Origin: Octopus vulgaris
Lineage: Eukaryota
NCBI GenBank assembly: GCA_951406725.2
Contig: OX597823.1
Span: forward strand, 101,246,001 to 101,310,000
Reading direction: 5' to 3'
Length of the DNA stretch: 64,000 nt
Shown here: positions 14,520 to 29,284 of the stretch, piece by piece
Numbering within the stretch: the first letter of the stretch is position 1
Layout: every line of letters starts with the position of its first letter
Notes under the pieces: generated by a model
Told to the model about the DNA's origin: nothing
What the model saw: the letters and a program-made list of their open reading frames with translations, nothing else
Databases searched by the model: none
Program-made: the position numbers and the translations under genes

Positions 14520-16146
14520 GCCTGTCTGTCTGTCTATCTATATACATATTTGTGCAATGCTTATGGATTATATAGATGCTGTATCAAAAATATGGTACAA
14601 TATACTGCATTTGTAACTGTTTGTTACAAGTCATAAGTTTGTTGTAAGTCATAAATTTGTTGTAAGCGGCCTTTTCAATTGTATCATCGAGTTCAACAAA
14701 TCTAGTTAGTTTACTTCATAAATAACTCTTTGTCGCTCTATCTTTCTCTCACTGTATATGTATGTGTCTGTGTGTACCCGCATAAAGATATTTCTCATAA
14801 AGGGAAAGATATATTTACATTTGCATCTGACTTATTGCAACGTCTGTCAAAAACTTTCCCTCGAAACATAATTATTCCTCTTCTCACAATAAATACTAAC
14901 TGAGTATTTTAATCGCTATTGATGGCAGTGTCGGAGTCGCTGATTGTGGTCTTTGTGGTTAGATAATCATATTATTAGTTAATATTGCAAACAGTTATGA
15001 TAATAGTGAGGCTATAGTTGTACCAGTAGAGATAGTATTACTGGTTGGTCAGTTTGACGACCATCAAGTATACATGGACAATACTAAGGGAATTAGTTTT
15101 AAATTCAAACTGTATTTATTCTCTCTCCACTTTTCAAGAGGCAAATAAATACTCGGCAATTAAAGTATCTTCGCGTTTTTTCCCCCATTCAACGGTGTTT
15201 TTATCATCCTGAATATTTGACAAATAGATAAAGACTTATCAACGAACGTAAGTCTATGAAAGATCATCAGTATCTTGTCCCGACAACGTTTTTCTTTTAT
15301 ACTTTGCTTTGTTTTTATCATAGTTCGTTTTGACTAGAAAAAAAACAACAGATAAGCTATGAAGGTAAATGTGGGATTGTAATGTTGAACACATCCACCT
15401 TCCAGAGTAGATGAAAGTCGTACATTATTATCTAAATAGCGTTTTAAACAGATCGGAATCAATATGACCTCTAATACACTAGACTGTTGTTATTGAATAG
15501 GGGAAGGAGGCGAACTTGTAGAACCGTTAGCTCATCGAGCAATATGCATAACGGCATTTCGTCTTTATGTTCTGAGTTCAAATTACCTTACATCCGTCTC
15601 TAGAGGCAAACGAAATACCTGTAAGCATTTCGCCCGGCGTGCTAACGATTCTGCCAGCTCGCCGCCTTGTAAATTGAACAATAATAAAAAGAAAACTGTA
15701 ACTTTTCGGGATGTAGCCTGGAGGGTTTTTTCGTATTAATTGTTTGGACTTTGTGAACACATACCAATTGTTTTCATAACATTTTTAACGCTTTGAATTA
15801 AATGTGACCATTTTGCGTTGAGTCTGCAGTTTGAATCACTTTAACCAAATTTTAGCAGGCCGGATTTTTTATCATCACGATACACCGCCAGCGACTCCCT
15901 GAAACTGCCCCCTGAAATCCCCGTTGAGAAATACTGATCTAAAAGAATAATTCAACAATGCAATTATTTGATCAACACAAATTTATGAAACGCTTCTACG
16001 TACTTCCTATTGAGGAAATGGAACACATAAGCGCAAAAATAGAGGGCATTAAATGCTTGATTTTAAAACCAAAATAATTGAATTTTGATTGAACTTCATC
16101 CAAGTTTAGCTTAATTCGCGCGTGCATAGAACGCACGAGCGCACGA

Positions 16147-16164
16147 GCCGGGCAATACTGCTAG
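16147..16164 (+). mobile_element. Helitron-type 3' terminus remnant
   Basis: GCCGGGCAATACTGCTAG|TATATA, one mismatch from the end of the Helitron at 52806-52823. Confidence 0.6.
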
Positions 16165-16257
<93 letters not shown>

Positions 16258-16859
16258 CAGCAGTGAGTTGCATATGACCGAGAGTTTCATGCATGATAAT
16301 TTTCAAACCTCTGTCGATTTTAAAACTTTGTCGATTTATAGATATTTATTAATATTCTCATTTATCGAATTCTATCTCTGCTGGTTGTTCCACCCCACCA
16401 TCTTACACACACAAACACATAGCAACATCATTTTATTCCAAAATTCTGATATCTAAATGTCATCATCATAATGATGTATACTTCATGACGATCTAGCTCC
16501 GACTATCGATATCTAATAAAGAAATTAATGTTTGAACGCTTGAATAACAAATGAAGACTGGTCAGACCATTTAGTTAGCTATGTATTCATTTACTTATTA
16601 TACTTTTATTACTTTTGATTGAAAAATCATGTAGATAAGGGTCTCTGAAATAATATTTACCTCTAAAATAAACGAAAGAAACAGAAATTCAGCCGAAGAT
16701 GTCATTGGGGGATTGATTGTTCGTCGTTGTCGTTCTAGCAGACTGAAATAGCAGCCAAAGAAATCTCGCTCAAACCACGAAAATAAAGAAGAATGAATGA
16801 ATGAACGAATAATAACAATGGTTTAAAATTTTGGAACAAGTTCATTGAAGTGGGTAAGT

Positions 16860-17422
16860 GTCAACTTGTACTTATTTTATCGACCCCAAGAGAATGAAAG
16901 GCAAAATTGACCTTGACGGAATTTGAACTCATAATGTTAACACGGACGAAATGCCACAAATCATCTTGTCCGGCGTGCTAACGATTCTGCCAACTCGTCA
17001 CCTTAACAGAAACAATAATAATAATATTTTCTACGGTAGGCACAAGGCCTGAAATTTGGGGGAAGAGGATAGTCGATTACATACACCACAGTCCTCAACT
17101 GATACTTATTTAAGCGACCCCAAAAGGATGAAAGGCAAAGTCGACCCCGGCGGAATTTGGAACTCCGAACGAGAAGACGGACGAAATACCTATTTCTTTA
17201 CTACCCACAAGGGGCTAAACACAGAGAAGACAAACAAGGACAGACAAACGGATTAAGTCGATTATATCGACCCCAAAGCGTAACTGGGACTTAATTTATC
17301 GACCCCGAAAGCATGAAAGGCAAAGTCGACCTCGGCGGAATTTGAACTCAGAACGTAACGGCAGACGAAATACGGCTACGCATTTCGCCCGGCGTGCTAA
17401 CGTTTCTGCCAGTTCGCCGTCT
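16860..17422 (-). mobile_element. Cluster of three family-A-related SINE copies; the youngest is at 17190-17422
   Basis: Repeated TCGACCCC..AAGGATGAAAGGCAAAGTCGACC..GGCGGAATTTGAACTC core. Confidence 0.85.
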
Positions 17423-17423
17423 A

Positions 17424-17483
<60 letters not shown>

Positions 17484-17487
<4 letters not shown>

Positions 17488-18042
17488 GCCCTGATGCAGT
17501 ACCAGGCAGTGGCTCTCATGGCTTCTGATCTTAACTGATTGGAAGTGTTATCATGTACATTGTTTTGTCTTGGTATAAAAGATGGGCTACAGCAAATATT
17601 CTGCTCAATACCACAGATTTGCTTGTCAGTTGTTTGACCTTAACCAGTTGAGCATGTCCCTTAGTGGCTGACGATATGTGCATCTCTGATCACGAGCAGA
17701 AGTAGTGGGGGAGCATCATAGCCATGTGTTGAGAGGGATTCTTTGGGGTTTGAATAGTTCACCTCTGGAAACATGGGTGGTTCTTTCAACATCCTTAAAC
17801 AACCCTTATTCAGGGACCGTTTGAGCGGGATGGGCTACTCAACCTGAAGAAAATTCTAACTGGGCCCCACCTGCAAGGTCATGTGCTGTTTATCTTGATA
17901 TGAGATCACCATTTCGCGCACATATGGTTGTGATGCATGTGCCTGGTGTGACCTTTATCAGACGGGTAGTCATGATGGGTATATTGGGCTTCGTATATTT
18001 TACCCCAGTGTCACTTTGATGGCATGCACTGCTCTCTCACTC
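17484..18042. mobile_element. ~560-bp non-coding element embedded in a (TAA)n tract
   Basis: Sharp compositional change with (AAT)n on both sides and no ORF. The repeat nature is inferred. Confidence 0.5.
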
Positions 18043-19683
18043 AATAATAATAATAATAATAATTTTTCCTAATTTTGGTACAAGGTCAGCAATTTTGAGG
18101 GAGGAGGAAGTTGATTACGTCGAGTCCAATATTTGACTGATATTTCGTTTTATAAACCCCGGAAGGATGAAAAGTAAAGTTGCTTTTAGCGCGATTTGAA
18201 CTCAGAATATAAACTGCCAGAACATATACCATAATGAATCTTGCTCGATGCTCAAAAATATTTACTAAACCACCGCTCTTATTACCTCTGGTAATGATAG
18301 TTTCTATCATAAGCACGGGGCCTGAAATTTGGTGAGGGGGAAGTGTTAACAGATTAAATCAATCTCAGTGTTTGTTTGGCACGTCTTAATTAACCCCCAA
18401 AGGGTGAAAAAGGAATAGTTGTCCGCGGTATGATTTGAACTTAGAACATAAAAATTGCAAAGCATTTCGTCCAACGATCTAATGATTCTGCATAACCTCT
18501 GCTCTTAGATTCGAATAGAAATATTCGTTTCTAATCAAGCGAAAGACCAGCCCTTCTGAAGGGCGGGGGGAGGTTAATTGGTGCCATTGCTCCTGTTTTT
18601 GACTGGTACTTTATTCTATCGGTTCCGAAAGAACGAAAGGTAAAATTGACCTCGACGGGATTTGAACGTAAACAGTCGGAAGAAATACTGCAAGAAATAT
18701 CGCAAGACACTCTAACTACCACTAGTAATAATACCATTCCCTATTTGTCTTGGTGCACTGTTTTTCTTTAATTTTACTAATTCAGAAACTGTCTTAAATT
18801 ACTATTTGCTAGAATATTCGTTTTCTTGCATCAAAATAGATGTTATCATTTACACACACACACACACAAGAACACGCACACACACACACGCACACAAACT
18901 TGCGCATATGCTCTCATACACTCACACACGCACATACAAACACAGCATATATAAAACACAGACAGGCAATGATAAATACACACACAAACACGCACAGCAT
19001 GTATAAAACACAAACAATAATATACAACACATTAAAAAAAAAGCACTTATACAACCTCCCCCCCACACACCAATAAAAACAAACGCACAATAATATATGG
19101 CACATACACACACTCACACACAACAACATAAACGAACATAAAATAACATTGTGAAACCCGTGCTAGAAACTGAATATGGCCATTTATAAGTATTCGCTCT
19201 TGCAAAAAATTCAAGTTATGATGAATCTTCATACACTCTCTGGATCCCCCCTCTCTCTCTTTCCATCTCTCTTACACACACACACACAAGCAAAATAAAA
19301 AACAAATAGAAGGAAACAAAATGATACGTTCATAAATTTATCGTCTGGTAAAAAATGGTCGAATTCACAGCTTGTGTGACATATACGCATGAATATGCGG
19401 CTACACACACACACAAACATGTTCACACAATTTCTCCGCTTTGCATGATATTCCACATTTAAACACATGAATACACATTGTATAAACAAACATACATAAA
19501 CATATACAAATACAAGGCTACTACGCTTACAACTGCAAAAAAGGGGGGCGGAAGGCCATCCATCCCAAATACTGTGCAGCAGAACTTACGAATACCAAGA
19601 ATACCAAGAAAAACAAATAACTACAACCGCCGCCACCACCACCACCACCACCACCACCACCACCACCACCACCATCACCACAT

Positions 19684-19912
19684 ATTTCTTAATTACCCAC
19701 AAGGGGCTAAACACAGAGAGGACAAACAAAGACAGACATAGGTATTAAGTCGATTACATCGACCCCAGTGCGTAACTGGTACTTAATTTATCGACCCCGA
19801 AAGGATGAAAGGCAAAGTCGACCTCGGCGGAATTTGAACTCACAACGTAACGGCAGACGAAATACCGCTAAGCATTTCGCCCGGCGTGCTAACGTTTCTG
19901 CCAGCTCGCCGC
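19684..19912 (-). mobile_element. SINE family A, full length, inserted in (CCA)n
   Basis: Reverse complement of 12824-13057. Confidence 0.9.
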
Positions 19913-20437
19913 CACCACCACCACCATCACCACCACCACCACCACCACCACCACAACCAGCACCAATACCGCCGCCACCAGCACCAGTACCACCACCACC
20001 ACCACCACCACCACCACCAATACCGCCGCCACCAGCACCAGCACCACCACCACCAGCACCAATACCGCCGCCACCAGCACCAGCACCACCACCACCAGCA
20101 CCAATACCACCACCACCACCAATACCACCACCACCAGCACCACCAATACCGCCGCCACCAGCACCAGTACCACCACCACCACCACCAATACCGCCGCCAC
20201 CAGCAGCACCACCACCACCAGCACCAATACCACCACCACCACCACCACCACCACAACCACCACCACCACCACCACCACCACCACCACCAATACCACCACC
20301 ACCAGCACCACCAATACCACCACCAATACCGCCGCCACCAGTACCACCACCGCCGCCACGACCAGCACCACCAGCACCACCGCCGCCAGCAGCAGCAGCA
20401 GCAGCAGAAGCAGCAGCACCACCACCACCACCACCAA
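19905..20437. repeat. Compound (CCA)n-derived trinucleotide/minisatellite array
   Basis: CCA/CCG/GCA/ATA triplet variants, open in five frames. Confidence 0.92.
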
Positions 20438-22141
20438 ACATTGTACACTCGTGTCTTTAAATAGAGACACGGTTTTCTTTTACAAGGCTCACTGTATTTA
20501 AGTATATAGAGGTTGTACAGACACTCATGTACTCATGTTTGCCTTTCCATGTGGACATATGTTACTCAATACAATGCACACCACTGTGCTAGTGTGTAAA
20601 CTCATACATATACGTGTATGGCTGCGCATTGGCATATAGTACTGAACACGATACAAACTATGTCTAAGTCTGTGTACAAGCTGCATAGAGACTGACAGGA
20701 CCACATACATATACAGGCATTATCCTTGTCTGATGCTTGAGAAACCATACTTCTCTCCCCGCCTTCCATTCTACACCATCACAATAAATAAATAAATAAA
20801 AATATGGTGTGATGAATTATATCTGTAGCTAAATTGCTTTACGATTTTGAAAAAAAAAGGAAGAATTTGTTCCTGTCGATTGGTTCGCTAAATTGTTTTG
20901 ACATTTTTATATGCTTCGTTTACGATCAGATATTAGGCGAATCAGTTCAGCATTGAGATGTAACGAAGAGAAATACAGGTTGATAATTTGGTTACAGACG
21001 AAGGCACCTGCCTACATAATTTGTACAATTTTTGTAGTTATACACGAAGTCACCTGTATACATAAACACGCATGTGTACATATGCACATATGGGACTTTA
21101 TGTGGTATGCATATGTATTTTATATAGGTTTAAATATGTATGTATGTATGTATGTATGCATGTGCACTTATTTTTTAAAAGCATAAATATATGGTGATTA
21201 AATGGCTTGATAAATACTAGCAGTAAGGAATAGTTGTCCACGACAGTTTGTAACTGTTCAACTTGCCAACATGCATATGCTGACACCATTTGGATAATTG
21301 GAATATTACCAGCGATCTTTTAGTGTGTCATTCTCTTGAGATATTTCTCCTTCCCTAAGTGAATTCAGCATAAAATTAGGAACCAGAGTTCATACATACT
21401 GAGAAGGTGGACTCTCGACGATCAAGTTCGAACCCTGGTTAGCCCTGAACATTTGCGCCCCGGCAGAATTTGAACTCAAATGCAACGAACCGGAATAAAT
21501 ACAATCGACTTCAGTCCTTGTCCAGTACTTTATTTTATGAACTCCGAGAGGACGAAAGGCCAAGTTAGCTTCGGCAGGATTCGAACCCAGAGCGTAGTTG
21601 AACCGGGCCGTAGGGTATTCTATTCGACACTCTAACGAGCCCGCCAATTCATCATGAATATAATTAAAAAACAAAACCAAAAATATACAAAATCTAATAA
21701 GAAATAAAAAATGCTAGAAGGAAAAAATTCTTAACAGCGTAAATAAGACCGTGTTATAAAGCAATGAGAAGAAATATTAAAAGCAGATGTATTTTACAGG
21801 GAGAAAAGACAGAGAGAGTGGGGGAGAGGGGAGGAGAGAGAGAGAGAGGGAGAGGGAGTCAGACAGACAGACCGGCAAAGAAGGGGAGCAAGAGACAGGG
21901 AGGGATGAAAGTTGTTGAAATTAAAATGAAGAAAAATAATGAACAGCTTATTTAAATGCAGGAGGAGACAACTCACAAAACTCTTCTTTCCGGTGAATCT
22001 TTATTCGAGAATCCGGAGCTGTTGGACCTGCTTCATCTCGTTCTAAGCTTACTCCGTCATAGACACACATATACAGATACAGATTTTGTTATACTTAGCG
22101 AAATAAAGACTAAAACGGGTGATTTGTCTGAACCATACTTT

Positions 22142-22364
22142 TTTTTATTTCTTTACTACCCACAGAGGGGACAAACAGGGACAGACAAACGGATTAAGTC
22201 GATTACATCGACCCCAATGCGTAACTGGTACTTATTTAATCGACCCCGAAAGGATGAAAGGCAAAGTCGACCTCGGCGGGATTTGAACTCAGAACGTAAG
22301 CGCAGACGAAATACCGCTAAGCATTTCGCCCGGCGCGCTAACGATTCTGTCAGCTCGCCGCCTT
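22142..22364 (-). mobile_element. SINE family A with 11-bp TSD
   Basis: TSD AACCATACTTT at 22131-22141 and 22365-22375. Confidence 0.9.
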
Positions 22365-25300
22365 AACCATACTTTCTGCTCATCTTTTACATTTATCGTT
22401 AGGAAAACTGTGTAATCTATGAAGAAAAAATGTAAAGGCAATTACAATATAATAAAATAGAGGCAACAACGTAAAGGCGAATGGCTTTGTAGTTAGGAGT
22501 GTTAGGCTCTTGACCATAAAGTCGCGGGTTCTATTCCTGAACTGGGTAATGCATTGTGTTCTTGAGTAAGGCACTTCATTTCATGTTGTCCCAGTCTATC
22601 CCAATCAGGTGCTAGAGCAGCCCTCTCTCCATCCTGCTGTCAGCTCTTAGATGTACCATTGAACGAGATGTGGTGGGGGTGTCGAGAAGTTGTCCATGTT
22701 TGTTCGTGACTACATAGGCACCTAGTACAATTGGCGAAAGCGTGATATATATCACCAAGTCACATTCACTCGCGCGTGGTGGTTTGCTAGGCTCTACTTA
22801 GCAGCCATGTTGCGTTGTCGTTAGTTTTCCTTTCTGCGCCGATAAAATGAATCTAGAGAAGACATCGTGAATAAGCGCCATCAATTTCGTTCAGAGGGGA
22901 AAAAAATCTTTGAAGAAAGTGTTAAGCGGAATTGACCAACTGACAAGTGGAGCTGTATCGGATATATTAGCTTACTACAATTTTGAAGTACAAACAAGGG
23001 AAAATGTAAGAACCAGGTATTGCTGCAAAAAGAAATCTTAAAAAGAAATCAGTCGAAAGGTTTCAATTAGAAACGGGAAAGTGGAAGATTTACATACAAA
23101 AAAAGTATAATGTAGGATGGTATACGAATAGAAAAGATGCTGTAACCGGGGGGGGGGGGATCGATGTGTTTGTGTGTGTGTGTGTGTGTGTGCGTTTGTA
23201 TATATATATACGCACATATATGAATGATTATCTTTTTCAAGGTACCTCGAATACAATCAAAATAGCTCTTAAAAGAGACGTATAAATGTATGTGTGTGTG
23301 TATATATATCATGTATCTATATGAATACATACATACATACATACATACATACATACATACATACATACATACATACATACATACATACATACATACATGC
23401 ATACATTTATGTACACATACATGTAATAAGTCTTTCTTTTTTATGAGGTAACTCGGCTACATTCGTTGAATCCTCGAAAAAGACATTTCATACTTCCCGA
23501 TGCTACTAAATTGCAACGTGTATGTATGTATGTATGTGTGTATGTATGTATGTACGTATGTATGCGTGTGTGCATGTGTGCTTGCATGTATGCATCATTA
23601 TACAATGCAGTATTATAGATCCTTTTCAGCCTATTTTACCAATCCGTTTCGTAGACAAGAGTTTAGGAAAATACACAATCCTGGCGCTCCTCAGAAAGGC
23701 TGGTAGGTTGTGTATGGATTCGGCTCTTTTTCAGTGATGGTCACTACGTGCATGCATGAATGAACAAAGGTTTTATACAACAATATACTCACATGAAAAG
23801 GAAAGCCAGAGAATATATTGGTACATAAGACCAGTATTCAGGATTTGACTGAATTGTTTGAGTTTTGAGATGAATATCCACCATAGCCTAAATGGCTAGT
23901 AGACTTAATCCGTCATCCGGCTTAACATGATCACCGGACACATTGAGTACCTTTATCAAACCCCACTCTGTTGTTGCTAGAGTTCGGATCATGTCTCCAG
24001 TTTAAGGATAGCTTCCACCCACTCTCCCACAAAACTTGGTTGTCCTACAAAGGGCCAATGGCACTGCCTTTCCCCACTGACTTTAATTCTGATTAGAAAA
24101 TAAAACAAATACCTCAATAAATCGTACCAACCACCAAAGAATTCTGAATATTTGTAGTAAAAGACCGATAATACCATTTTGCAAGGAGCAATAGCTGTTA
24201 GGTATCAGATATCGACATTATATCTTCTTTGATCTCCTGCGATAAAGGATACATGAAGACCCTCGATGAGAACTGACCAAAGTCTCGTAGAACTATACCT
24301 TTGCTTTTATGGCTTCCAAGTCAAGAGGTTTATTGATTATTGAAATTAGTCTTAGAAAGGGACGTTTACAGCCATGTTTAACCTGCTTTGTGCACACGAC
24401 ATGAATATGAAGGTCTTCGGTTGTGCTGAACACAACCCATCAATTTAATCGGCATTAGTTGTTGTTGTTGTTGTTCTTCTTCTTCTTCTTCTTCTTCTTC
24501 TTCTTCTTCTTCTTCTTCTTCTTCTTTTCTTCTTCTTCTTCCTCTTTTTCTTCTTCTTCTATACCTACTTATATGCAGACATACACATATATTTACGCGT
24601 GTGTGAGTGGGTGTGAGTGAGTGCACGTGTGTGTATGTGAGTACGTGTGTGCGTACGTGTATGTGTTTGTGTTCGTGTATGTGTGTGCTGTTTCCTTTCG
24701 TAAATTCAAAAGTAACGCTCGATGTAACATATATATCACAACCAATAGATATCTAGAAAATTACATTGCATTTACCACACACACACACACACACAGTTAC
24801 ATGGTGGTAACTTATAATCCTTTAATGGCTTTGTTATTTTCGGCTACACATGGCTTAATTCTGTTAAAAGGAAATACGAGCGAAGCACTTTCGTTTTCCC
24901 CATTTCCAAACTAGAAGATAAAAGATAATGAATAAAGATTGATTTTGATAATGAGGAATTCTTGTTGCTGTTGATATTTTGATATTTAATAAAAATTCGC
25001 GAGGAGGATTAAACTGTGTTCACAGGCAAGTTTTGAACATCTGTCTAACTATGTTTACATGGCGTTAATAAGATGAAAATAGGAGCGAATCCTAGGAAAA
25101 TCTATTGAACTATAGGCACAAGGCCTGAAATTCTGGGGAGGAGCTAGTGGATTACATAGAGCCTTCTGCTTAACTGGTATTTATTTTATCGACCCTGAAA
25201 GGATGAAAGGCAAAGTTGACTCCCAGAGGAAATGTCGCTAAGCATTTTTTCGACGTGCTAACGAGTCTGCCAGCTCACCGCCTTTGATAATAATCTTTTC

Positions 25301-25389
25301 GACTATAGAGACACAAGGCCTGAAATTTTTGTGTAATGGGCTAGCTGATTACATCGATCCTATTGCTCAACTGGTACTTATTTTATTGA

Positions 25390-25655
25390 TAAGGCGGTGA
25401 GCTGGCAGAAGCATTAGCACGCCGGGCGAAATGCTTAGCAGTATTTCGTTTGCCGCTACGTTCTGAGTTCAAATTCCACCGAGGTCGATTTTGCCTTTAA
25501 TCCTTTCGGGGTCGATTAAATAAGTACCAGTTACGCACTGGGGTCGATTAAATAATTACCAGTTACGCACTGGGGTCGATATAATCGTCTTAATCCGTTT
25601 ATCTGTCCGTGTTTGTCCTCTCTGTGTTTAGCCCCTTGTGGGTAGTAAAGAAATA
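25390..25655 (+). mobile_element. SINE family A nested inside an older opposite-strand SINE (about 25310-25790)
   Basis: 17-bp TSD GGTACTTATTTTATTGA at 25373-25389 and 25656-25672. Internal duplication of TACCAGTTACGCACTGGGGTCGAT. Confidence 0.9.
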
Positions 25656-26089
25656 GGTACTTATTTTATTGACTCCGAAAGAATGAAAGGCAAAGTCGAC
25701 TTCGTCAAAATTTGAACCCAGAATGTAAAGCCTGAAAAAATACCGCCAAGCATCTTATTCCGTGTGCTAATTATTCTGCCAGCTTTCTGCTTTTGTAAGG
25801 TCTAGGATAATGATCTGGAACAATATCTCTATTACATTATGTTTCATTTTAAGAGATAACAGCAGGACAACAATAACTTATTGGAGGGGGGGGGGCTACA
25901 TCTAAGTTATCAGAGGATGTTGAACTATAGATGTCCTTCCAAAATCATGATGGAAATGATCAGGACGCTGACAGAAAACGAACAGTGGAGTCGTGAGTGC
26001 TGATTGATTTACAACACCGATGATTTGAACCATGAACAGGAGAATGTGACGAGCGCGTCATGACGACTGCAATAATGAGGTTGATGATG

Positions 26090-26470
26090 AAAATAATAAT
26101 GGTGGTGGTGGCGGTAATGATGATGATAATGATGGTGGTGGTGGTGGTAATGATGATGATAATAATGGTGGTGGTGGCGGTAATGATGATGACAATGATG
26201 GTGGTGGTGGCGGTAATGATGATGACAATGATGGTGGTGGTGGCGGTAATGATGATGATAATGATGGTGGTGGTGTCGGTAATGATGATGATAATGATGG
26301 TGGTGGTGGCGGTAATGATGATGATAATGATGGTGGTGGTGTCGGTAATGATGATGATAATGATGGTGGTGGTGGCGGTAATGATGATGATAATGATGGT
26401 GGTGGTGGCGGTAATGATGATGATAATGATGGTGGTGGTGGCGGTAATGATGATGATAATGATGGTGGTG
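26090..26470. repeat. 33-bp minisatellite (ATGGTGGTGGTGGCGGTAATGATGATGATAATG), about 11 copies
   Basis: Read directly; it explains the 11-aa periodic ORFs. Confidence 0.92.
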
Positions 26471-26599
26471 GTCGTGGTCGCGGTGGAGGGTGAGGAGGAT
26501 GATGGTGGTGGTGGGTGAGGATGATGATGGTGGTGGTGGTGGTGGGTATGATGGTGATTCATTTAAACGTATTCCTCTGCCAACAACCTTGGTACATTA

Positions 26600-26839
26600 T
26601 ACCGTAATCCCTCGAATGTCGCCGGTGTTACGTTCCAAACCCCACCGGGATAGGTGAAAATCTGCGACCTAGAAACAGTACTGTACTGTATATATATTTT
26701 ATTATTTTCATAATTTGTGTATATTTATTTTATTATGAATACAAAACAACACCACGGAGGAATCGACATAAGCTTAAATAATAAATCGCAATTGGAGAAC
26801 TATGATAGGTGAACCGCAATATGGCGAGGGATTGCTGTA
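26600..26839. mobile_element. Tigger/pogo-type MITE
   Basis: TA-CCGTAATCCCTCG ... CGAGGGATTGCTG-TA imperfect terminal inverted repeats (TIRs) with TA flanks. Confidence 0.75.
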
Positions 26840-27739
26840 TTGTTCTTATCATCAGGAATCTTACCATTTACTAGTATATTAGTTACTATATTTTATCCTT
26901 TAGACTCGGCATAGTCAACACTTTTTTGACCAGCAGAACGAAATTGAGATATTGCTCATGATAAATCAAACTAAAAGAAAAAATCTAACGTCGTATTAAA
27001 TTATTGTATGTGCTTCAGTCGGATCGTATTCAAGTGTTGTCGCATAATAAACCAAATTGACCGCACGTGATAAGTAGACCGCACTTTACCCATGACTACG
27101 TAAGAGCTTGTGTTGTTCATTGGCGTGTACTACGTAATAAACTTTCTATGTGCAAAATACTGGAAAAATACAAAACTAAATATACAAAAGTGATATTAAA
27201 CAATATAAAAAATATATGGTTTTCATCCTATCAGCGGATGTGAGGCATGTTCTGTCTCAAAATGCTGTTTATGGCATCTACTATAATTAACATCAAACTA
27301 TGAATTTAGAGGATATATTAGAAACAAAACAAAGGTAAAAAAAACAAACACACACAACCCTTTTTGTTCCAGCAGCTGCATAACTTGTCCGCCAATTTGA
27401 TTTCAGATCGCAGATATAAACTATCTACAGAAGGCTACATGTGGCAATGATAATATATGAAGCATTGAGTGCGTCTGCGTGTGTGTGAGAGAGTGTATGT
27501 GAAAATGTATGCACAAGTTTGTGAATGTGTGATTATTTGAAAACGCTTACCGTATCTATAAAGAGCTGGATAATACAGCTGGATATTGTTGGAAGAAGGC
27601 ACATGGCAGCTACTGTTTGTGTTTGTCTTTGTGGGTATATTTGTGAGAGCGCGTGATTGCATATAGGTATATAACTGCCACTCTCTCTCTCTCTCTCCCT
27701 AATGTATATCTCTATATATATTGTATATATATGAATGTA

Positions 27740-27850
27740 TGTCATTATTCAGTTTATTCCACGATTTCTTGCCAATAGAGAAAGAACCGGTTTCTAACCT
27801 CGATCCAAGGCCCCTTCATTGGAATTTCAACATCAACAATAGGGTATTTT
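27740..27850 (-). mobile_element. ~110-bp interspersed repeat associated with (ATGT)n; second copy at 32322-32426 in the opposite orientation
   Basis: Reverse-complement similarity. The 32322 copy ends AATAAAACTGATCAATGA(CATA)n, like a retroposon 3' end. Confidence 0.65.
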
Positions 27851-28213
27851 TGTATGTATGTATGTATGTATGTATGTATGTATGTATGTATGTACGTATG
27901 TATGAATTAGTTATAGGCTTCATTAGAATCTAGACCCATCAACACGTAGGACACCAGAATTGGCTAGGTACCATATAATATGGTTCACAGAGAGGTAAAC
28001 AATCATGACAGTACTATATTTTGTCAGGATACTGCAGGTATGTAGATATGTAAGCACCAAATCCAGTTATAAACGTAGATCCGACTCAGGGTTGGTTTCT
28101 AGTACGATAGGAATAAAAAAGAACAATGGGATTTAAAATTTATAATAGCTGTGTATATTTTTCGAAATTCCTTCTTTTCTGTTACTACATACATACATAC
28201 ATACATACATACA

Positions 28214-28247
<34 letters not shown>

Positions 28248-28724
28248 CACACTCGCAAATATATGGTCACATAAAAGTAGCTTGTCTTGATTCATGTGAA
28301 TTTGGAATCAATGATGTGTCACAGGTCGGCGTAATGTAACACTGACTATTCTGACCAGAATGCAACCGGAAAGGAGAATATTTCTGCGCTCTTCCTCATT
28401 TTAATAACTATATATAGATCTGAATACATGTGTGAGAAAGTTTTTCATTTTTAGTCAATCAGCAAATAAATAGATAAATAAATGTGCAAATAAAATGGAA
28501 ATGGAAATGAAAAAAAAACCAATTTTGCTTAATTGAAAATGTTCGAGTTTCAATATATCTCAAATGCATCGCCATGAGCTAGAAATATCATGTAAACAGC
28601 AATGCAAATGATGATGGTTTATTACAGCGCGCGCGCATACAACCCACATACCACTTGCATAACACACACACACAGTCAAGACTATTTTATTGGAATACAA
28701 ACATGAACTGATGAGTATGTATGC

Positions 28725-28757
<33 letters not shown>

Positions 28758-28881
28758 ACGGGAAGCTTTATGAAAATAGACAAAAGACGAAGGCAGGTGG
28801 GAAACAAACAAACAATTGTATTAGTATGGCGCTCATCCTAATATAATAATGACCGTAGTATTTTTACATATTTGTAGATAC

Positions 28882-28920
<39 letters not shown>

Positions 28921-28921
<1 letters not shown>

Positions 28922-29230
28922 TTTATTAAAAGCAGAAGAAATATCACAAAAAGTGTTACTCGAAGTTTCACGTTCCCGTTCGTCGGACAGTTGGGGTGAT
29001 AGATGAATATCGGAGGAAGGGGTGTAAAAAGGATCAGCGTTTCAACTCTGTGTGAATATATGTGTGTGTATGAAAATGGGAGGCGCGCGCGCGCGCGTGT
29101 GTGTGTATGCAATGGAAATGGGCTAGTGAACTTTCAATGCTGAAAAGAAAGCTCAAACAGCATTTCAACTCTGAGTATATGTATGTATGTCTGTGCTTGT
29201 ACAAGGGAAGTATGTGAATGTTTGTATCTG
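28921..29230 (-). mobile_element. PLE terminal-repeat fragment with HHR motif at 28954-28989
   Basis: Minus strand reads TGT CCGACGA ACG-GGAA-CGT GAA ACTT-C-GAGT A ACA, then ..AATAAAG(TA)n. Homologous to 35546-35616. Confidence 0.7.
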
Positions 29231-29284
29231 TGATTACTATGTACCTTATTTTATACCTTATTTACATATAAAATACTACAATTA

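Noticed and set aside
19768-20470. Poly-Pro, poly-His, poly-Gly, poly-Val and poly-Trp ORFs resembling formin, extensin or glycine-rich proteins
   Set aside because: They are different frames of one (CCA)n-derived array, and the plus-strand starts lie inside a SINE.
21956-22366. 136-aa ORF
   Set aside because: The C-terminal half is an antisense SINE translation, shared with the ORF at 19768.
25960-26562. Hydrophobic periodic ORFs on both strands
   Set aside because: They are translations of a 33-bp minisatellite.
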